Below, piece after piece: positions 57,507-64,000 of a stretch of 64,000 nucleotides of DNA; the first letter of the stretch is position 1, and every line of letters begins with the position of its first letter. Origin of the DNA: Selaginella moellendorffii. Lineage: Eukaryota > Plantae > Lycopodiophyta. The position numbers were made by a program, and so were the translations under genes. The stretch covers positions 1,923,454 through 1,987,453 of the forward strand of contig NW_003314277.1 in assembly GCF_000143415.4 (NCBI RefSeq), given 5' to 3'. The notes below the pieces were generated by a model. That model saw only the letters and a program-made list of their open reading frames with translations. It searched no databases and was not told the DNA's origin.

Positions 57507-59679
57507 GAAGATGAACGAAAAAGAAAGAGCAAAAGAAGAGAGATGACAAAAAGCTAGAAGGAAATGGTAGATCTAGACAACGCAAAAAGCTAGATCTAAA
57601 CCAAAAGAAAGAACAAAAGAAAGGAAATGGAAAAAGCTAGATCTAGACGATGCAAAAGCTAAATCTAAATCAAAATCCCAAATCCAAGCACTCCTCAGGG
57701 ACAATCAAAGGTGCCCCTCACCTCCACCAATGTGAGTGCCTGGAATATAGAAAGGGAATACAGAAATATGCATATCAATTAGCCCAAAAACCCTAGCTTA
57801 TATACAGGAGCGAGTGGTCCGGATTGAAACCAATCCGACGGCTACCAAAATCCACTACGCTAATATTAGTATACGGCATCGTAGCCGTACACTTGGCCCT
57901 CACATGTTTATATATTTTTAATTTCTATAAAATATATATTATACATTATTTTATAAGATCTTCTTAGTTGAAGTTAGTGGCCATATTGAAATTTATTTTG
58001 CAGTAAAGTATTATAAGTATACTAGTTACAATGTTCAAGGCTTGGTATTTACTTTTCATAAAAAAAAATATTTCCTAGAGGTAAATTAGATGGCGGCATT
58101 TCCATATAATTTTAGATATGGTTTTAAATCAATATTTGAAAGTGCTTTCCAACAACAACAAAATAATATGGGTTTTAGTTAGGGACATGATAGAAATTCA
58201 AGGAAGGCTTACCCATGTTCTTGAAGTTATATTGGGAAACACTATACAAATCAAATAACTCAAGAGCATTGAGAATGTGTCAAAAACCTATACTTAAAAG
58301 ATCCATCTTATAATTTTCTGTGAGTGATGTTAAGTCTTTTTTTTATTTGCATAGGCAAGTAAACACTTTCACACACAAGTATGAGTTAGAGGCATTATTT
58401 CTTTATAGCTTGATATTGGCTACAATAGGCTTATAATATCTCTACCAACAAGAACGAAATATATCATTGTATAAATTTTATAAATGGAAAATCATGGGAA
58501 TTGGGTATAAAAAACTCAAGTTAACTGCAAATTGGATGGTCTGCTGTGATAGAAATAACTAATCATGAAAGACCATATAATGTATCTGTAGCACACGTGG
58601 TTTTCAGTCTTTACCCTATGGTAATTTATAATAAAATAACCATGAAGTGGAAACTAAACCTTTGGACACATGGGCCAAGGGTAATAGAGTAGAATTTATA
58701 TTTAGAGCCTTGGGCCATTGAACAAATAGATAAAGCCAAATTACTGAACATAAAGCTAAAGAGTAATATAATTGAAGCACAAAATATCTCTTGAGCATAC
58801 AACCTAAGAAATAAAGGAACAGAAGCATAGAGTGTCATTAGAACAGTCCTGGAGTATCTTGCATCATAATGCCAAAACTAACACAAAATAAAGCTAAATG
58901 AAATTTGGCATTATTTCAACATATCAATGGTTAATAACACTTAAGAATTCCTTCCTTAAATATGTAAATGACTCTAGTTTAAATATAATAATAAACAAGA
59001 ATATTCATGAAATCAATGTATTCACCAAAAAATCTACTCTAAATCAAATTGCCACTCTACAAAATCTGCCCCAAAAAGAATATGGCAAAAATTTCCATAG
59101 GCTCACTTGTAGCTCCTCAAGAAAATGAAAGAAACTTGCCCACAAATTATAATCTAGTGGGGGACAACAGTTTAAAATAACACCTTGATTAAACTTTATT
59201 CGACCATTTATTTTTCATGATTTTCAAGAAAACAAAAAGGAGAAAAAAACTCAAAACACTTCTACATTCACTACATTAAAAATGACAAGAAAGGAAAGAA
59301 AACTTTAAACTTCATTTTTCCATGGCAAAATTTTGGATAATCTCCTCCATGATCCATGTTTTGTACTTTACTGGGTGCCTTCTAAAATCCATTGGTGCTT
59401 TCCACAATATCATTAAGTATTGAACTTCTTTGCTCAATTTTTAAAAAGCCTCATTTTTTTATTGAGAGCAAGAAAGTCGTCATTTTAGAGTTATCTCAAT
59501 TTTAGCTTCATTGAAGATTTTATGAGATATCCCTTACTCTTTCAAAAGTCTTAATAAAGAAATGAGTGATTGAGAAAGTGCTCTTAGATATTTCTGTGGT
59601 GAGTTGGAAGGATAAAGCTTGTTTTTTGAACTTAGCTTATGAGTGGATGTTATATGAGTAGTGGGGATTAGAATTTTAT

Positions 59680-62530
59680 ACTTGTGAGGAACTTATAACC
59701 AAGCTAAATATACCACTTTGATTCAAGGATTGAAGGAAGCAAAAACATTGGGAGATAAGAATGTGGTTGTTGTAAGAGATTTTAAATTGATTGTGAATTA
59801 AATGAATGGAAGTTAAAAGGTCAAGAATCAAGGTTTAACCTTCTATAAAAAAATACCCTAGAATCAAAGCAAGAGTTTCATTCTTTCAAGATCAAATACA
59901 TTACAAAAAGGGATAACTTTGAAGTAGATTCGCTAGCTCAAGTTAGTAGTGGGAAATTACAATAACTTAGAGTTTATTATAAAAAGTTAATTAAAATTTT
60001 TTAGAGTAGAGAAAATGGTGGAGGTCCTAATTTTCTATGAGTCTCAAAGTGAAGATGTTAATAGATATTTCAGAGAGTTTGCCTTTCAAATGAAAATCAA
60101 ACACCACAACATAGCTAAAGTTATTTTCAGCATTTATAGAGGATGCAGTAATGAAGTGGTATAATTGACAATATGCACACATATTGGGATGTATTAACAT
60201 AAGATTTCTTGATATGGAAGACTAAAAAGTTTGGATGACTTGATAAAACAATTGGACCAATTGAAGCAATATGAAAATGAGAGTGTGAAATCATATAGTG
60301 AATGTAGAGAAGAATTGTAAGGTAGACTACTAAGTAGCTTTGAAGTTATGGGAGCCTCAAGTGATGGAGAAAAAGAGGATACTCCCAAGAAGGACTCCAA
60401 ATTGGCTATTAAGATAGATGCCTTAGTTCTTATAACATTCATCAGTAGTTTTAAGCTGATGTTGCAACAAAAGGTGAAGAAAAATGGTTCAAAAAATCTT
60501 CAAGAAGCCTTAAAGATTACTACTAAGAACAAAGAGCTATTAGAGAAGCCTCTAGAGGCTCAAGATTATGATGTGGCAACCTTATACTCTACTTAAGAGA
60601 AGGTAGTAACTCTTACATCAATAGTAAGACACTCACAATTAATACTAAAGGAGAACTTAGCAAATGTAGTTGCAAATTTTGGTGAACTAAAGTTGCATTT
60701 GCTTCAGGGAAGGCCACCATGACCTCCTCAACAGTAGCCACCTTATAATGATCAACCACCAAAGGATCATATACAAAAGCCACCCCCACGTGATCAAGAA
60801 AATGTTATATGTTACAATTGTAAAGAGTTTGGGCATTATAGCAATGAATGCTAGCACTAAAGAGTAATAAATCCAGTTGTTTACTTCACTTGTAAACAAC
60901 CTAAGCTTTATTCCCTACATTGCCCATAGAATCAATAGAGATTTCAACAACAAAATGCTCAATAACAAGTCAACATGATTAATGTAACTAAAGAACCAAA
61001 AGTGAATCTAAAAGGAGCTTCAAGTGGCAATAGCATAGATCTTGATTCTAAAAATCAAGACATGCTTGGTATAAAGAGGCCTTGAGGGGAGCAACTAAAG
61101 CTATATCCAATGGAAATCCGCTCTACTAAGAAAAAGAAGGATAGAGAGATATAACCTTGTTGAAAGGTTAGGATCCAAGATATAGAGATTGGCAAGTGCC
61201 AAGAGGAATATTCTATCATAAGTGATTTAAGTGAAGTTTGTACAAACATCACTATTGCTCAACTCCTTTCCAAATGCCCAAGATTGTAGAGAGAGCTTTA
61301 TCAGAATCAATACAAGAGTGAGAAAGGCAAAAGATGAATGAACATATAGAGTGCAAACTCTCACTACTAAAGCTGACATAAATGCTCCAATGGTTGAAGG
61401 GATTCGAGTACAAAGGATTCTAGTGGATGGTGGTGCAACCATAAATGTCATAAGTGACTAGTTGATGAAACTTTGGGTTGAAATGTACTCAGTTTTTGAG
61501 GTGGAAGATTAAAGTGGCAAGTGATAATTAGATGAAGTCAATTGGAATGATCACTAACGTTCCTATAGTAGTTTATGGGATATTCACTATGGTTGATGTA
61601 CATGTTATTCACCTAAAGAGAAGTAGTGATAGTTATCCTATGATCTTTGGACATTTTTGGTTGCATAAGGTCCATGCCAAGAATGATTGAGAGGCAAGTG
61701 AAATGGTTATATATGATGAAAAGTAGGTCAAAATAGCTGTGCAAAAAATCCTACAAAGGTGTTGGAAGAATCTCTCATGAGCAATGATGATAGCTAAGAT
61801 TTATGGAATAATGATTATGAATTAAATTTAGAAAATGATCACAAAGTGAATGATCTATATGCATTATAGATTATGCCAAAGATTGTTAAATGAATAGAAC
61901 CCCAAGCTATCATTAAGAAAAGAGATCACTTTTTGCAAGAAAATGTGGACAAACACAGCTCTTATGCTCAGTTGGAGAAGATGCTTGCAAAAGCAAAGTT
62001 TTCTAAGGGTGAATATGAAAGCTACATAATGATGTTGAAGAAGTTCCCAAAGCTTTTCATAAACTCTTATGAGGAGTTGTGGCAAGTGGATATAGTGGAA
62101 TGTGAGATTTCAATCAAGAAGCAAAGCTAATGGCTCAAAAGCCATATAGATTAGGACCTTTAAATTTGATATTGTTTATGCTAAGCTGATGTAGTTAATC
62201 AAAGTTGACTTTATATTTGAAGTAGCAAATTCAGATTGAGTGTCACCTGTTGTAATAGTACCAAAAAAGGGAGGGAAATGGAGAGTGTGCATCAACTATA
62301 AAAAGTTGAATGATGCTACATAATATAGTCATCATCCCATTCCATTCATGGATGAAATCTTTGATGAAATAGCAGGGCATAAGTGATACACCTTTTGTAC
62401 TCCAAATATTTTTAAGTTTGAATTAAGAAAGAGGATCAGCTGAAAACAACATTCACCACTCCTTGGGGAACTTTTGCATACAAAATGATGCCATTTGGGC
62501 TCACAAATGTACTAACAACATTTCAATAAC
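59680..62530 (+). mobile_element. Degenerate Ty3/gypsy remnant: archaeal-type RNase H, then gag, protease and RT
   Basis: aRH-like GTYNQAKYTTLIQGLKEA...VVRDFKLIVN*MNGS*KVKN...DNFEVDSLA (59688-59940); knuckle CYNCKEFGHYSNEC (~60809-60851); ILVDGGATINVI (~61417); SPVVIVPKKGGKWRVCINYKKLN and TPWGTFAYKMMPFGLTN (~62240-62510). Confidence 0.8.
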
Positions 62531-62694
62531 TTATATAATCAAAGTGTAATGATAGTCTTTGATGCAAAGAGAATCTCTAGCAACTTTTCTATGTTTAGTA
62601 TACAATTGAGGAGGAGATTTTCATACTAATCTTTGGTACTAATAATGTGTATTACTAAGCTCTTTCATTGGATGAATCCAAGAAAATATACTAG

Positions 62695-62794
62695 NNNNNN
62701 NNNNNNNNNNNNNNNNNNNNNNNNNNNNNNNNNNNNNNNNNNNNNNNNNNNNNNNNNNNNNNNNNNNNNNNNNNNNNNNNNNNNNNNNNNNNNN
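62695..62794. other. Assembly gap (100 N)
   Basis: Run of N. Confidence 1.
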
Positions 62795-62849
62795 CTATAA
62801 GATAAAAGTGCTTTAGGTTGATAGAGGTATTCACCACCTCAACAATGAG

Positions 62850-63100
62850 TTTTAGGGCATTTGTTAAAAGGAAATCTCAATATTGTTTACACATTGCTAG
62901 CTAACACAAATCTTGATAAAACCTTTTGGCAAGAGACAATGATGCATAACTACTTTAGATAGCAAAACCCTTGAGGCATTTTTATGATATATCCCACTTT
63001 TGAGGTTGTCTTAAGACTTGAGGCTCCATTTTGGATGGAGGCTATTATGGAAGAAGTTTCTTCTATTTAGGTTAATGACATCTATAAGTAATATGCAAAT
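62850..63100 (+). mobile_element. Ty1/copia integrase-to-RT remnant
   Basis: LLANTNLDKTFWQE and PFWMEAIMEEVSSI*VND resemble copia MLxxxxLPxxFWAEA and WxxAMxEExxSLxxN motifs. Confidence 0.5.
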
Positions 63101-64000
63101 CCCTAAATCCCAAAATGGAGCTAAAGATGTGTTATATGGTAGTGGATGAAGCGAAAGTCTAATGAATATAACACATTTAGACTAAAAGTTCCAACTCGAA
63201 AAGCTAAGAGCAGAGTGGAACTCCCAAAGAATTGATTAAAAAACAAACACAAAGCAATTAATAAGTGAGTTTTAAAAAAAGGATAAAAGGATGGCTAACA
63301 TGTGGCAAGTGTTGGGATATATGGAAATTTCAAGACAAAAATCTTAAAACCCAAGAACTTAAAACAAAACAATGTCAGAACCACTATTAAAAACCCAAGT
63401 GTCCAAAGTGTTAAATATATCTAAAGTTAAATATATCATGGGCTAGCTATATCCACAAAATGATCCACCTTTCAGATCTAAAGGGGTTTAGTAAGTTTCT
63501 ATAGGATAGAAGGGGGAAGACCCTAGGGGAATTAATATGACAAAACAATGTGGTGGATGATGATATAAACATGAAGGAGTTTAAAGTTGAAATGAACATG
63601 AATAGACAAATGGGGTTACTGGGTAAAATGTTCAAAAGTCAACTCTAGCTCATTTATGAAATCAAATGGTCAATGCCTCAATCCAAATATGGGTGGCACT
63701 ATTTACTTAAATACTTTTTATAACTCATAAGAACTTTATTCGAACCACATGGCTGAGGCACTTTAATGGTTGAAGATGATAAGAGTACCCATAAGGCTTG
63801 TATTGGGCTATGGTGTTTTGAAATGTCCAAAGTCTCTAATAATGGAAAGGGAGAGAAATGATTCTTTTGTTTGGTGACTAAAGGTATGATTATGTGGTGA
63901 GGAAGTTTTAGAATTTACTATGATTTAGTGGACTGGCGTTCAAGGCTTGACCCAATGTGTAGCACACCTAAATTTGGAGTTGAACTCTAATCCCATGCAT

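Larger units (their letters stand above)
52904..57904 (-). mobile_element. Young, near-intact non-chromovirus Ty3/gypsy LTR retrotransposon (~5.0 kb, 174-bp LTRs)
   Basis: LTRs 57731-57904 and 52904-53077 (TG...CA, 3 differences seen), 4-bp TSD TGTT, PBS TGGTGGAGGTGAGGGG (tRNA-Ala-like), PPT GAGAGGAGGGGATGA. Confidence 0.97.

Overview
Eukaryotic plant nuclear DNA, most likely a lycophyte such as Selaginella. This is an inference from tiny 48-120 nt GT-AG introns, very short intergenic spacers, a cilia/dynein-assembly gene, an XIP aquaporin and a Tcn1-like chromovirus. About 1-36 kb is gene-dense: SCPL 3' part, Sec14-nodulin PITP, CCDC103-like, ENODL, trihelix TF, formate-THF ligase, SHH-like SAWADEE homeodomain, uclacyanin-like, Trx-x, HINT, STIG1-like, MinE, XIP aquaporin, an ARM-repeat pseudogene broken by a solo LTR, tRNA-Glu(TTC), a CYP71-clan P450 and an annexin. 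About 36-64 kb is repeat-rich: an inverted annexin pseudogene copy, a MITE-like foldback, a decayed SWIM/MULE-like element, two full-length Ty3/gypsy elements with TSDs, decayed gypsy and copia remnants, and a 100-N gap. The strongest signals seen directly in the sequence are: (1) five P1BS (GNATATNC) sites in 117 bp of the bidirectional trihelix/FTHFS promoter; (2) a self-priming PBS in the chromovirus; (3) a GGGAAAC slippery site with an H-type pseudoknot at gag/pol of a near-intact gypsy; (4) an archaeal-type RNase H directly upstream of a gag; (5) a CCDC103 homolog; (6) exact short direct repeats bracketing unexplained ~600-bp inserts. Coordinates were read by eye; exon boundaries and degenerate-element limits are approximate.
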